64,000 bases of DNA from positions 2,356,001 to 2,420,000 of the forward strand of contig NC_135815.1 in assembly GCF_964213995.1 (NCBI RefSeq), written 5' to 3'. The notes beneath the pieces were generated by a model. It was not told where the DNA came from, did not search any database, and saw nothing but the letters and a program-made list of their open reading frames with translations. The position numbers and the translations under genes were made by a program. Of the stretch, positions 1 to 11,284 are shown in pieces. Numbering within the stretch: the first letter of the stretch is position 1; every line of letters begins with the position of its first letter. Source of the DNA: Mustelus asterias. Its lineage: Eukaryota.

Positions 1-120
1 TTCCCTTATCGATCAGAAAACTATCTACCCGTGATTTAAACATATTCAACGAGGAAGCCTCCCTCACTTCAATGGGCAGAGAATTCCAGAGATTCACTAC
101 CCTCTGAGAGAAGAAGTTCC
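1..120 (-). mobile_element. CR1 LINE 3' fragment
   Basis: Reverse complement resembles the CR1 ORF2 C-terminus (F(F)SQRVVNLWNSLP) seen in other CR1 copies in this window. Confidence 0.7.
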
Positions 121-1668
121 CCCTTTAACACACTAATTTGTTTAACTCACTGATTTTATTCACTCATTGATTTCTTTATCTCACTGATAACTTTCACTCA
201 ATAATTTATTTAACTCACTGATTTCTTTCACGCACTGATTTCGTTCACTCACTGATTTCTTTTGCTCACTGATTTCTTTAACTCACTGATTTCTTTCACT
301 CACCGATTTCTTTACTTCACTGACTTATTTCGTTCACTCACTGATTTCTTTAAATCACTGATTTCTTTCACACAATGATTTCTTTCACTCACTTTTTTCT
401 TTCACTCACTGATTTCCTTAAGTCGCTGATTTCCTTCACTCACTGATTTCTTTATCTCGTTGATTTCTTTCACTCACTGATTCCTTCAACTCAGATTTCT
501 TTAACTCACTGCTTTCTTTCCCTCACTGATTTCTTTAACTCACTGATTTCTTCAACACACTGAGTTCTTTAACTCACTGATTTCTTTCACTCACTGATTT
601 CTCACACTCACAGATTTCTTTGACTCGCTGATTTCCTTCACTCACTGATTTCTTTATCTCATTGATTTATTTTACTCACTCATTTCTTTAACTTACTGAT
701 TTATTTCACTCACTGCTTTCTTTCACTCACAGAATTATTTCACTCACTGATTTTTTCCACTCACTGATTTCTTTCACGCACTGATTTCTTTCATTCACTG
801 ATTCCTTTTGCTCACTGATTTCTTTAACTCACTGATTTCCTTCACTCACTGATTTCTTTCACTCACTGATTTCTTTCACTCACTGATTTCTTTTACTCAC
901 TGAATTCTTTCACTCACTGATTTATTTAACACTGAATTGTTTAACTCGCTGATTTCTTTCACTCACTGAATTCTTTAACTCAATAATTTCTTTAACTCAC
1001 TGATTTCTTTAACTCACTGATTTCGTTCACACACTGACTTCTTTCCCTCGCTGATTTCTTTTACTCACTGATTTCTTTTACGCACTGATTTCTTTAACTC
1101 AATGATTTCTTTAACTCAATAATTTCTTGAACTCGCTGATTTCTTTTACTCACTGATTTCTTTTACGCACTGATTTCTTTAACTCAATGATTTTCGTTAC
1201 ACACTGATTTCTTTCACTCATTGATTTCTTTAACTCACTGATTTCATTCACTCACTGAATTCTTTAACTCACTGATTTCTTTCACTCATTAATTTCTTTA
1301 TCTCACTGATAACTTTCACGCAATAATTTCTTTAACTCACTGATTTCTTTCACGCACTGATTTCTTTCACTCATTGATTTCTTTTGCTCACTGATTTCTT
1401 TAACTCATTGATTTCTTTCACTCACTGATTTGTTTATCTCACTGATTTCTTTCACTCACATATTTCTATTACTCACTGATTTCTTTCACTCGCTGATTTC
1501 TTTCACTCACTTATTTCTTTCACTCACTGATTTTTTCCACTCACTGATTTCTTTCACGCACTTATTTCTTTCACTCACTGATTTCGTTTGCTCACTGATT
1601 TCTTTTACTCACTGATTTCTTTCACTCACTTATTTCTATTACTCACTGATTTCCTCACTCGCTGATTT
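121..1668. repeat. 17-bp tandem satellite, consensus ~TCACTGATTTCTTTCAC (left block)
   Basis: Continuous degenerate 17-mer periodicity; the 1430..1615 ORF is just its translation. Confidence 0.95.
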
Positions 1669-1763
1669 AGAACATAGAACATAGAACATTACAGCGCAGA
1701 ACAGGCCCTTCGGCCCACGATGTTGCACCGACCAGTTAAAAAAAAAAACTGTGACCCTCCAAC

Positions 1764-4583
1764 CTAAACCAATTTCTTTTCGTCCATGAACCTATCTACG
1801 GATCTCTTAAACGCCCCCAAACTAGGCGCATTTACTACTGATGCTGGCAGGGCATTCCAATCCCTCACCACCCTCTGGGTAAAGAACCTACCCCTGACAT
1901 CGGTTCTATAACTACCCCCCCTCAATTTAAAGCCATGCCCCCTCGTGCTGGATTTCTCCATCAGAGGAAAAAGGCTATCACTATCCACCCTATCTAAACC
2001 TCTAATCATCTTATATGTTTCAATAAGATCCCCTCTTAGCCGCCGCCTTTCCAGCGAAAACAATCCCAAATCCCTCAGCCTCTCCTCATAGGATCTCCCC
2101 TCCATACCAGGCAACATCCTGGTAAACCTCCTCTGCACCCTCTCCAAAGCCTCCACATCCTTCCTGTAATGTGGGGACCAGAACTGCACACAGTACTCCA
2201 AGTGCGGCCGCACCAGAGTTGTGTACAGTTGCAACATAACGCTACGACTCCTAAATTCAATCCCCCTACCAATAAACGCCAAGACACCATATGCCTTCTT
2301 AACAACCTTATCTACTTGATTCCCAACTTTCAGGGATCTATGCACACATACACCTAGATCCCTCTGCTCCTCCACACTATTCAAAGTCCTCCCGTTAGCC
2401 CTATACTCAACACATCTGTTATTCCTACCAAAGTGAATTACCTCACACTTCTCCGCATTAAACTCCATCCGCCACCTCTCGGCCCAACTTTGCAACCTGT
2501 CTAAGTCTTCCTGCAAACTACGACACCCTTCCTCACTGTCTACCACACCACCGACTTTGGTGTCATCAGCAAATTTGCTAATCCACCCAACTATATCCTC
2601 ATCCAGATCATTAATAAATATTACAAACAGCAGTGGCCCCAAAACAGATCCCTGAGGTACACCACTTGTAACCGCACTCCATGATGAATATTTACTATCA
2701 ACCACCACCCTCTGTTTCCTATCCGCTAGCCAATTCCTGATCCAATTTCCTAGATCACCCCCAATCCCATACATCTGCATTTTCTGCAGAAGCCTACCAT
2801 GGTGAACCTTATCAAACGCCTTACTAAAATCCATATATACCACGTCCACTGCCTTGCCCCCATCCACCTCCTTGGTCACTTTCTCAAAAAACTCAATAAG
2901 GTTAGTAAGGCACGACCTACCTGCCACAAAACCATGCTGACTATCACCTATCAATTCATTACTCTCCAAATAACTATAAATCCTATCCCTTATAATTTTT
3001 TCCAACATCTTGCCGACAACAGAAGTGAGACTCACCGGTCTATAATTCCCGGGGAAGTCTCTGTTCCCCTTCTTAAACAATGGGACAACATTCGCTAACC
3101 TCCAATCTTCTGGTACTATACCAGAGGCCAACGACGACCTGAAGATCAGAGCCAGAGGCTCTGCAATCACTTCTCTTGCCTCCCAGAGAATCCTTGGATA
3201 AATCCCATCCGGACCAGGGGATTTATCTATTTTCAGACCCTCCAGAATATCCTGCACATCCTCCTTATCAACTGTAATACTGTCTATTCTACTCCCTTGC
3301 AACCCAGTGTCCTCCTCAGCTATATTCATGTCCCCTTGCGTGAACACCGAAGAGAAATATTGGTTCAATGCTTCACCAATCTCCTCCGGTTCCACACATA
3401 ACTTCCCTCTGCCATCTATAACTGGCCCTAAACTTGCCCTAACCAACCTTCTGTTCTTGACATACCTATAGAACGCCTTAGGATTCTCTTTAACCCTATC
3501 CGCCAAAGTCTTCTCATGTCCCCTTTTAGCCCTTCTAAGCTCGCTCTTCAACTCCCTCTTAGCCAATCTAAAGCTTTCTAGTGCACTACCCGAGTGCTCA
3601 CGTCTCATCCGAACATAAGCCTCCTTTTTCTTTTTAACCAACAAAGAAACTTTTTTGGTGCACCACGGTTCCCAAGCCCTACCAATTCCTCCTTGCCTGA
3701 CAGGGACATACCTATCACAGACCCGCAGTAGCTGCTCCTTGAAAAAACTCCACATGTCGGACGTTCCCAGTCCCTGTAATCTCCTAGTCCAACCTATGTT
3801 TCCTAATTCTCTCCTAATAGCCTCATAATTACCCTTCCCCCAGCTAAAACCACTGGCCCGAGGTTCATGCCTATCCCTTTCCATCACTAAGGTGAACGTA
3901 ACCGAATTGTGGTCACTATCACCAAAATGCACACCAACTTCCAAGTCTAGCACCTGGTCTGGCTCATTTCCCAGCACCAGATCCAATATAGCCTCACCTC
4001 TAGTTGGCCTGTCTACATACTGAGTCAAAAAACCTTCCTGCACGCTTTGAACAAAAACTGACCCCTCTAACGAGCTAGAGCTATAACAATTCCAGTCAAT
4101 ATTAGTCAAGTTAAAATCCCCCATAACAATTGCCCTATTACTTTCACTCCTAAGCAGGATTGACTCCGCAATCCTTTCCTCAACCTCTCTAGAACTTTTA
4201 GGAGGTCTATAAAAGACTCCCAACAGGGTGACCTCTCCTCTCCTATTTCTAATCTCCGCCCATACTACCTCAACAGATAAGTCCTCATCAAACCTCCTCT
4301 CTGACACTGTGATACAATCTCTGACCAATAATGCTACCCCTCCCCCTCTTCTACCTCCTTCCCTACTTCGACTAAAACATTTGAACCCCGGGACCTGCAG
4401 CATCCATTCCTGCCCCTGCTCTATCCATGTCTCTGAAATAGCCACAACATCGAAGTCCCAGGTACTGATCCACGCTGCAAGTTCACCCACTTTATTGCGA
4501 ATACTCCTGGCATTGAAGTATACACATTTCAAACCCTGCTCCACCCCACCTCTGCAATGCCGTGCATTGCAGTCCCCATCCAT
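1764..4583 (-). CDS. CR1 ORF2: APE endonuclease + reverse transcriptase (939 aa)
   Basis: YFNARS, ISETW, MGDFN, SDHN endonuclease motifs; [10 protein letters not shown] and FADD RT motifs; no stops. Confidence 0.95.
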   Translation of the reverse strand: MDGDCNARHCRGGVEQGLKCVYFNARSIRNKVGELAAWISTWDFDVVAISETWIEQGQEWMLQVPGFKCFSRSREGGRRGGGVALLVRDCITVSERRFDEDLSVEVVWAEIRNRRGEVTLLGVFYRPPKSSREVEERIAESILLRSESNRAIVMGDFNLTNIDWNCYSSSSLEGSVFVQSVQEGFLTQYVDRPTRGEAILDLVLGNEPDQVLDLEVGVHFGDSDHNSVTFTLVMERDRHEPRASGFSWGKGNYEAIRRELGNIGWTRRLQGLGTSDMWSFFKEQLLRVCDRYVPVRQGGIGRAWEPWCTKKVSLLVKKKKEAYVRMRREHSGSALESFRLAKRELKSELRRAKRGHEKTLADRVKENPKAFYRYVKNRRLVRASLGPVIDGRGKLCVEPEEIGEALNQYFSSVFTQGDMNIAEEDTGLQGSRIDSITVDKEDVQDILEGLKIDKSPGPDGIYPRILWEAREVIAEPLALIFRSSLASGIVPEDWRLANVVPLFKKGNRDFPGNYRPVSLTSVVGKMLEKIIRDRIYSYLESNELIGDSQHGFVAGRSCLTNLIEFFEKVTKEVDGGKAVDVVYMDFSKAFDKVHHGRLLQKMQMYGIGGDLGNWIRNWLADRKQRVVVDSKYSSWSAVTSGVPQGSVLGPLLFVIFINDLDEDIVGWISKFADDTKVGGVVDSEEGCRSLQEDLDRLQSWAERWRMEFNAEKCEVIHFGRNNRCVEYRANGRTLNSVEEQRDLGVCVHRSLKVGNQVDKVVKKAYGVLAFIGRGIEFRSRSVMLQLYTTLVRPHLEYCVQFWSPHYRKDVEALERVQRRFTRMLPGMEGRSYEERLRDLGLFSLERRRLRGDLIETYKMIRGLDRVDSDSLFPLMEKSSTRGHGFKLRGGSYRTDVRGRFFTQRVVRDWNALPASVVNAPSLGAFKRSVDRFMDEKKLV

Positions 4584-4633
4584 GCATCCCTCACTTTCAG
4601 CCCCACTACTCAGGATCCCTCCCCCCCCCCGAA

Positions 4634-5563
4634 TCAGTTTAAACCTCCCTGCATGGCCTTAGCAAATTTACCCCCCAGGATATTGGTCCCCTTCTGATTA
4701 AGGTGTAGACCATCCTTCTCATAGAGGTCACACCTTCCCCAGTACGAGCCCCAATTGCTTAAGTACCTGAACCCCTCCCTCCTGCACCATCCCCTCAGCC
4801 ATGAATTCAAACCTTCCCTCTCCCTATTCCTCTCTAAACTATCCCGTGGTACAGGCAAGAGTCCAGAGATAACCACTCTGTCAGTCTTGGCCTTTAGTTT
4901 CCACCCCAACTCCATAAATCCCTGCCTAATATCCCCTTCCCCTATCCTCCCTATGTCGTGTGTCCCCACATGTACAATAACTTGTGGTTTATCTCCCTCC
5001 CCCCTAAGAGTCCTGAATACCCTGTCAGACACATCCCGGACCCCAGCCCCTGGTAGGCAACACACCAACCCTGAGTCCCTACCTTTAGTTCCGACCCTCC
5101 TATCTGTCCCCTTAATTGTGGAGTCCCCAATCACAAGGCCCAGTCTTTTACAGCCCCTAACCACCTGAGCTTTCTCACTCGGCTCACCCCCAGAGATCTG
5201 CTCTCTATGCTCAGTTGATTCCTCCTCAACTGTAGCCTCCAGCACCGAAAACCTATTATGGAGGGGAACCGCCCCAGGGGATTGTCTTCCCGATTGCTTC
5301 TTACCCCTCCTCCTGGCATTGACCCAAGCCTCATTTCTAGGAGTTACTATTTCTCTATAACTCCTATCAACTTCCACCTCCGCCTCCCGAATTATGCGGA
5401 GTTCCTCTACCTCCCCCTCCAGCTCCTTTACACGCTCCTCCAGAAGCTGCAATCTAATGCACTTCTTACAACTAAAATCTCCTGAAACACTACTGGATTT
5501 CCTCACCACATACATCCCACAGGAGATGCAGCATACTGCCTGAACTGCCATCCCTGAAGCCAT
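4634..5563 (-). CDS. CR1 ORF1: CxxC..CxxC zinc finger, coiled coil, SGNH/GDSL-type esterase
   Basis: ATG at 5563; CISC/CKKC, LEERVKELEGEVEEL, VIGDS, HVGTHD, DGLHLN motifs. Confidence 0.9.
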   Translation of the reverse strand: MASGMAVQAVCCISCGMYVVRKSSSVSGDFSCKKCIRLQLLEERVKELEGEVEELRIIREAEVEVDRSYREIVTPRNEAWVNARRRGKKQSGRQSPGAVPLHNRFSVLEATVEEESTEHREQISGGEPSEKAQVVRGCKRLGLVIGDSTIKGTDRRVGTKGRDSGLVCCLPGAGVRDVSDRVFRTLRGEGDKPQVIVHVGTHDIGRIGEGDIRQGFMELGWKLKAKTDRVVISGLLPVPRDSLERNREREGLNSWLRGWCRREGFRYLSNWGSYWGRCDLYEKDGLHLNQKGTNILGGKFAKAMQGGLN

Positions 5564-5962
5564 TACCAGCAAGAAAAAAAGAAAACAAAAAACTTCCCCA
5601 CACTTATAATTAGGTTAGAGGAGGATGGAAGGGTGGGATCCTCTACCAGTGTAGAGGATCGGGTATCTCCTCTGCACCAATTTATAGGGCTAGGGGCCCG
5701 AGAGAAAAAAAAAACTACTACTGAGGGGGAACCACCCAGGTAACTGACTTTTAAAGTTAAAATAAAAACCCTTCCCAGACTCCTTTGCTGCCCACTTCTA
5801 GTTTTCACTTTAAACTTGAAAAACTGCTGTTAAAGTAAAGGCCAAAAAAAATACACACACTAGCTGACTAATTAAATAAATAAACAATTCAATTAATCCA
5901 ATTAATCTCTTACCAGCACTGCTGCTTTTCAATCACCCCTCTCAGCTTGCTCCAGTGGATCA

Positions 5963-6510
5963 ATTTCTTTCACTCACTGATTTCTTTCACTCACTTATTT
6001 CTTTAACTCACTGATTTCATTCACTCACTGATTTCTTTCAATCGCTGATTTCTTTCTCTCGCTGATTTCTTTTACTCACTGATTTCTTTCACTCATTGAT
6101 TTCCTTCACTCACGGATTTCTTTATCTCACTGATTTCTTTCCCTCACAGATTTCTTTCACTCACTGATTTATTTCACTCGCTGATTTCTTTCCCTCACTG
6201 ATTTCTTTCACTCAATAATTTCTTTCACTCACTGATTTCTTTCACTCATTGATTTCTTTCACTCACTGATTTCTTTCACTCACTGATTTCTTCAACTCAC
6301 TGATTTCTTTCTCTCACTGATTTGTTTATCTCACTGATTTCTTTCACTCACTGATTTATTTAACACTGATTTGTTTAACTCGCTGATTTCTTTCACTCAC
6401 TGAATTCTTTAACTCAATAATTTCTTTAACTCACTGATTTCTTTAACTCACTGATTTCGTTCACACACTGACTTCTTTCCCTCGCTGATTTCTTTCACTG
6501 ATTTCTTTTA
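5963..6510. repeat. 17-bp tandem satellite (right block)
   Basis: Same unit as 121-1668. Confidence 0.95.
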
Positions 6511-6511
6511 A

Positions 6512-6712
6512 TTCGCATTCTAATCAGTATTCTGTAACTTGATGTTGTGTCTCTGTGCACTGTTTGAGAGCACATTTCCACTCCATCTGACGAAGGAGCA
6601 GCGCTCCGAAAGCTAGTGGCTTTTGCGACCAAATAAACCTGTTGGACTTTAACCTGGTGTTGTGAGACTTCTTACTGTGGTCACCCCAGTCCAACGCCGG
6701 CATCTCCACATC
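6512..6712 (+). mobile_element. Penelope-like pseudo-LTR (solo)
   Basis: Similar to the 3' pLTR of the GIY-YIG element at 46310-46515 (ends CCAGTCCAACGCCGGCATCTCCACATC). Confidence 0.8.
6583..6619 (+). ncRNA. Minimal type I hammerhead ribozyme motif
   Basis: CCAT-CTGACGA-AGGAGC-AGC-GCTCC-GAAA-GCTA-GTGG: conserved cores, stem II, short palindromic stem III. Confidence 0.7.
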
Positions 6713-7162
6713 AATTCTTGAAATACGCAGAGGTTTTTGGCAGCATCTATGGGGAGAATAAAGGGTGAATGGGGACAGTTGGAATGTGAATCTCTGGGTG
6801 GAAAACAAACAGGAATAGGTGGAATTCAGATTTCACACCCAGCCAGTATTGCTTCTTATAGAACAGAGAGTAAAACCGAGGATGGTGAGTGAGTGTGTGA
6901 ACAACATTGTACCCAATCCTATCAGTTTCCTCACTGACAGGGTAGATTAATGTTACACACACACCGACTATAACGGAAGCAACTGTGTGACCTTTCCAAT
7001 ATCTGCTGCTTCACATTGATCACAAACAGGGATCTTTCTCATTACATCCTCATTCTATTATTCATCTCATTAACTCATATATATCCTTCAAAGGTCTGGC
7101 AACTTGAACTCTGTCACCTCACCATCCAACCTCCCTGACACTGGCCTTGCACCCATGGTCAT

Positions 7163-7780
7163 AAAAGAACATAAGAAATGGGAACAGTATGAGGCCATTT
7201 GGCCCCTCGAGCCTGTCCATGATTCAATACAATGATGGGAGGTCTGGTTGTTAACTAAGCCCAGCTTTCTTGCCAGCTTCCCCAAACTCTCGATTCCTGG
7301 AGAAGAAATCCCTTCCTGCAGCCCCGCCCTGAATATATTCAATGACCCAAATCCCACTGCTGTCTGGAATCAGCACTCCAAAGGTTCACGACTCTGAGGG
7401 AAGAAATTACTCCTCATTTCAATCTTAATGGCACTTACTTATTTTTAAACAGCGTTGCCTAGTTTGAGATTCCTCCAAGAGGAGAAACACCCTCTCAGTA
7501 CCTACTCCATCAAGTCCCCTCAGGAATCACACACATCCCAACAAGATAACCTCATTCTTCAAAACTCCACTGAGTCTCAGACCAATCTTCTCAACCTTTC
7601 CTCATCAAACAACTCATCATCCCAGGAATCAGTGTAATGAACCTCCTCAGAACTTCCTCTGTTACAAGTATATCCCCCCTTAGGGAGGAGGGCTAAAGCT
7701 GTACCCATTCTCCAGTTACAGTCCCACTAATTCACTGTGAAACTGCAGCAAGACTTCCCCAATTTGAGACTCCATTATGT
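7163..7780 (-). mobile_element. Old CR1 3' fragment
   Basis: AGAACAT-like tail plus degenerate ORF2 C-terminus. Confidence 0.65.
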
Positions 7781-8079
7781 GAAGAATGATATTAATATCT
7801 GTCAATCCCCTGGTTAAAGTTTCAGTTATCTTCAGCATTCTCCCCCAATTATCACAAATAATTCTCCATCCCCACGCTCACTGTCACCCCCATGGTCTCA
7901 CAGGGCAGAAGCTGGAACAGCTGGTGAGTAACCTGCCCAGATGTTTCTGGTTAAATGTGCCTCAAACACAGAATGCTGCAATGTTCCCTTTTCACAAACA
8001 AATCCTCTTCCGGCTCTCAGTTAAACCTGGAGACGAGGAACATATTCAAAATGCTCCTCTCCACCACTAACCATCTGCA

Positions 8080-8200
8080 CCCCCCTACCCACTCCCCTAC
8101 CCACCCCCCTACCCACCCCCCTACCCACCCCCCTCCCTGCCACCTCCCCCCTACCCACCCCCCTCCCTGCCACCTCCCCCCACTTCCCCCCACTCCTCCC
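8080..8200. repeat. C-rich 12-mer repeat (CCCCCTACCCAC); G-quadruplex-prone on minus strand
   Basis: Direct inspection. Confidence 0.85.
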
Positions 8201-8223
8201 TCGCTCATTTCACGCACCAATTC

Positions 8224-9386
8224 TGTTAGGGATGATAGCAAAAGCTCCAAGGTATAAATGAAGTGTGTTGGACCTGAACTGTTTTTAATTTTGGCATTAG
8301 TGTGAGGATAAAGTGTGGTAAAACCCAGGCCAGAGACTCCAAGGTGTTCTGTGAAGTTAGCCTAGTCCCTAAGTTTCACATTTGATTTTGGCTTTAGGGT
8401 GAGTCTAAGGTGTTTTACTCCAAGTATGATTCAAGTGACCCACTTGGAAGCTTTTATCAAAGAAAGGTTATTTAAAAACAGTTAACATATAATAATAAAA
8501 ATTAGCATAACGTTTACCACTAACAAGAATTAATGATGAAACAGTTTAATCCTTAACAGTTAGCTCCCTCTGTTGATGCAATGTAAAGCAACCCCATAGA
8601 CACACACCATGCTTCAGATTAAGTTAGCACTGAAGCAAGTATGCTCATGTGATGCTGCATTTGCAGATTTTGAACAGCGATGTGAATTGGTCTTTTGAAT
8701 GTTGGATTAAATCTCTGAGGCTGTCCAGTCTTGGAACGTTGAGAAAGTCTCAGGAGAGAGAGAGAGAGAGACAGAAACACTGCCTGCTCCCATCAGCTTC
8801 TGGCAGCAGCTGAAATCAAAACTAAAACTCGATTGCTCTGTGGAAAATAGCTGTCTGTAGTCACATGACATAAGCTGTCAATCCTATCCAATCAAGCTCC
8901 ACTCAGCAATCCCAGGGCACACATTAAAACCAGAGGACACTGCTTTAGTCCAGATGAAAATAAACATTGCTTCAATTATACTGCTTCAGCAACAATAACG
9001 GACACCAGTCACAGACAACACGGTGCCAACAAAATTCCAGGGCATGCGAGAAACATCCTGCAGAGAAAGTTGATCAAACTACACCTCTTAAAGGTGTTTC
9101 ACTCCAGGTGTGATTCTATTGACCCACTAGAAAGCCTTTATCAAAGCAAACCTTATTTAATAACACAGTTTAACTATCTAACTGAAAATCCCAGTGGGCA
9201 ACCCTAAAAATAGCAAAAATGCATTCACTCAGGTAAAACAAACACCCCAATAATTAGGTGGAACTTTTCATCTGCATTCTCGGCAGTTGCAGACAATCGG
9301 CACCGTAATCAGAGCTGAAGTGTAACATAGCCCCCTCACAAGAAACATGACACAAATACATTTCTTAAAGGCACAGTATCATCATA
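8224..9386 (-). mobile_element. Solo LTR (Gypsy-like) with a second related LTR nested at ~8315-9093
   Basis: TGTT...CATA termini, 4-bp TSD ATTC (8220-8223 / 9387-9390); related to LTRs at 21124 and 28433. Confidence 0.65.
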
Positions 9387-9464
9387 ATTCTAAGGAACAG
9401 ATGGATTTCTTTGTCTCCACAATAAAGACCATCCATCCTCCTGACCCTTTCCTCCTGTAATCTG

Positions 9465-9720
9465 TGGGTCTGAAGTCTCATGTAGACCAGGCCAGGTAAG
9501 GACGGCAGATTTCCTTCCCTGAGGGATATTAATGAATCAGATGGGTTTTTGCAACTATTAATGATGGTTTCATGGTCACTGTTCAAAGTTTTCTTCCATA
9601 TTTTTACTGAATTCAATCTTCACCATCTGCCATGGTGGGATTCGAACACAAGTCCCCAGAGCATTACCCTGGGTTTCTGGATTACTAGTCCAGTGACAAT
9701 ATCACTGCACCACCACATCC
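9465..9720 (-). mobile_element. tRNA-headed SINE fragment
   Basis: B-box-like GTTCGAATCC on minus strand; homologous segment at 50090-50160. Confidence 0.55.
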
Positions 9721-10453
9721 CGAGACCCCCCTCCTACCCACTCCCTGTTCCTGACCCTGCAATCAGACTTCACTCCAACCACAACTCCACAGATAAAGAT
9801 GATGAGTGATATCTGTGTGATTGTGATGTCCACTGTCTATCCCTCCTCAGAATCTTTCACCTCTGCTCTCCTTTCTACACCACTGAGCACACATTCCTGT
9901 TTGAAAGTTTCTGATGCACATTCCAGCCCGTGGCACCGTTCTCCCACACTGCCCCTCCTGCTGCTCACATCATTAATATTATATCAGCACCACTGGTGTC
10001 TCCCCCAGTGTCTGAATGATCATCTCTGCTGTGTCCCCAAGGCACCATCCGTGGCTTCCTCCTCCTCATCATTTCACCCTCAGAAACCTGCTCAACATCT
10101 CCATCTCCACCGTCACTCAGCTGTGTCTCTCCACCTCCTCCATCCATCCCAAGGCTCTTTCCTCTCCCTCCGGATCCCTGCCCGACATGAGGGTTCGGCG
10201 AAGAGAAAGCTTCTTCTGCAGCTTAGTGAACAGCCTCACGGCACTAATCCCCCCAGACACCCCGTCAGGATGAAGCCCGAGATGTGGAACTTTGGGGAGT
10301 TGCTGAACCTGAGCTCAGCTTCTTCCCCACAGTGAATCCATCAGTAAGATCACTTGACATCACTCCCAGCTCCTCATCATCACAAACTCACCTCCAACTC
10401 ACTCATCTGGAAGAGGTTATTGCTGTGGATTATTGGAATAAAACTTTACTCAC

Positions 10454-10783
10454 TGGTTACATTCAGCCGGCTTCCTTTCCCCCAGACCCCTCTCCACACT
10501 GAGCAGTAATAGACGGCAGTGTCACTGGGCTGCACCATGGTGATTGTCAGAATGAAGCTGTTATTGGAGGTGTCTCTGGAAGGCTGGAAACGCTCAGTGA
10601 AACCCAGGCTCCGGTGTATGTTATTCCCTGTATCCTGTGTTAAAACCCTCTCCCTATATTCCCCAGGTCGCTCCCGGTGCCAGTGAACATCAGTGTCTGT
10701 CACTGCAGCGTTCCCCATGGTGCACTGTAACCGTGCAGTCTGACCCTCTGTGACACGTTCCACACTCGGAGACTGGGTAAGGA
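10454..10783 (-). CDS. Germline-joined V-J immunoglobulin-type domain exon (antigen-receptor-like, non-rearranging)
   Basis: VLTQSPS..ARLQC..HW..FILTITMVQPSDTAVYYC-SVWRGV-WGKGSRLNVT; CCAG acceptor, GTGAGT donor, 330 nt, phase 1-1, no internal RSS. Confidence 0.85.
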
Positions 10784-10785
10784 CT

Positions 10786-11235
10786 GGAACAAAAACACAA
10801 AACGATAGAAAATATTAGCAGGTCTGACAGCACCTGGTGGAGAGAGAATAGAGCCAATGTGTCGAGTCTGGATGACCCTTCGTCAGAGCTGAAGACAAAT
10901 AAAATCAGACAGGATTTAGACTGTTGGGGGCGGCGGGGGCTGTAAATAAGAATAGCATAGACAGATAGGGAAAAGGAATGTAAATGGTGATGATAAAGGC
11001 TGAGAATGGTGATAATGGTGTCCATTCAGAGACTGGAATGTGTAAATGGCAGAACACAGGTACAGAGTGTAGGAATGTGGCAGTCATCCCGAATGGGCTG
11101 GTGGGGGGTTGGGGGGTGGGGGGTGGGGGGGGGGGGGGAGGGGGGGATGGCGGGGGTGGGGGTGGGGTTGGGGGTGGCGGTGGCGGCGGGGGTCCGGGGG
11201 ACAAGATGGAACTGGATCAGTTTTACCTTTAAAAA
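10786..11235 (-). mobile_element. Penelope-like terminal fragment with degenerate hammerhead (10852-10890) and G-rich tract
   Basis: Homologous to 38050-38310; minus strand AGCT-CTGACGA-AGGGTC-ATCCA-GACTC-GACA-CATT-GGCT. Confidence 0.6.
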
Positions 11236-11284
11236 GTGGAAAAGAAATCAATAAGATAAAGAAATCAGTGAATTAAAGAAATCA

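Larger units (their letters stand above)
1669..5962 (-). mobile_element. Full-length, apparently intact CR1 LINE inserted in the satellite
   Basis: ~400-bp 5'UTR, open ORF1 and ORF2, 3' tail (TTCTATG)n read as AGAACAT repeats at 1669-1689; satellite resumes on both sides. Confidence 0.95.

Noticed and set aside
1430-1615. 61-aa hydrophobic repeat ORF
   Set aside because: Translation of the satellite
121-1668. CRISPR-like array or Ig switch region
   Set aside because: Head-to-tail units without spacers; eukaryotic; not AGCT/G-rich
9799-10335. 178-aa ORF or a C1 domain next to the V exon
   Set aside because: No Ig C motifs found on either strand; low complexity, possibly an old TE
10392-10406. 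15-nt minus-strand mini-exon just after the VJ exon
   Set aside because: Implied intron is only 47 nt and the frame stops at once
10497-10503. CTCAGTG (minus) after YYC as a relic RSS heptamer
   Set aside because: Lacks the invariant CAC and has no nonamer at 12 or 23 bp
10905-11254. Pro/Gly-rich ORFs (also 7955-8257, 54320-54643)
   Set aside because: Artefacts of poly-G/C tracts
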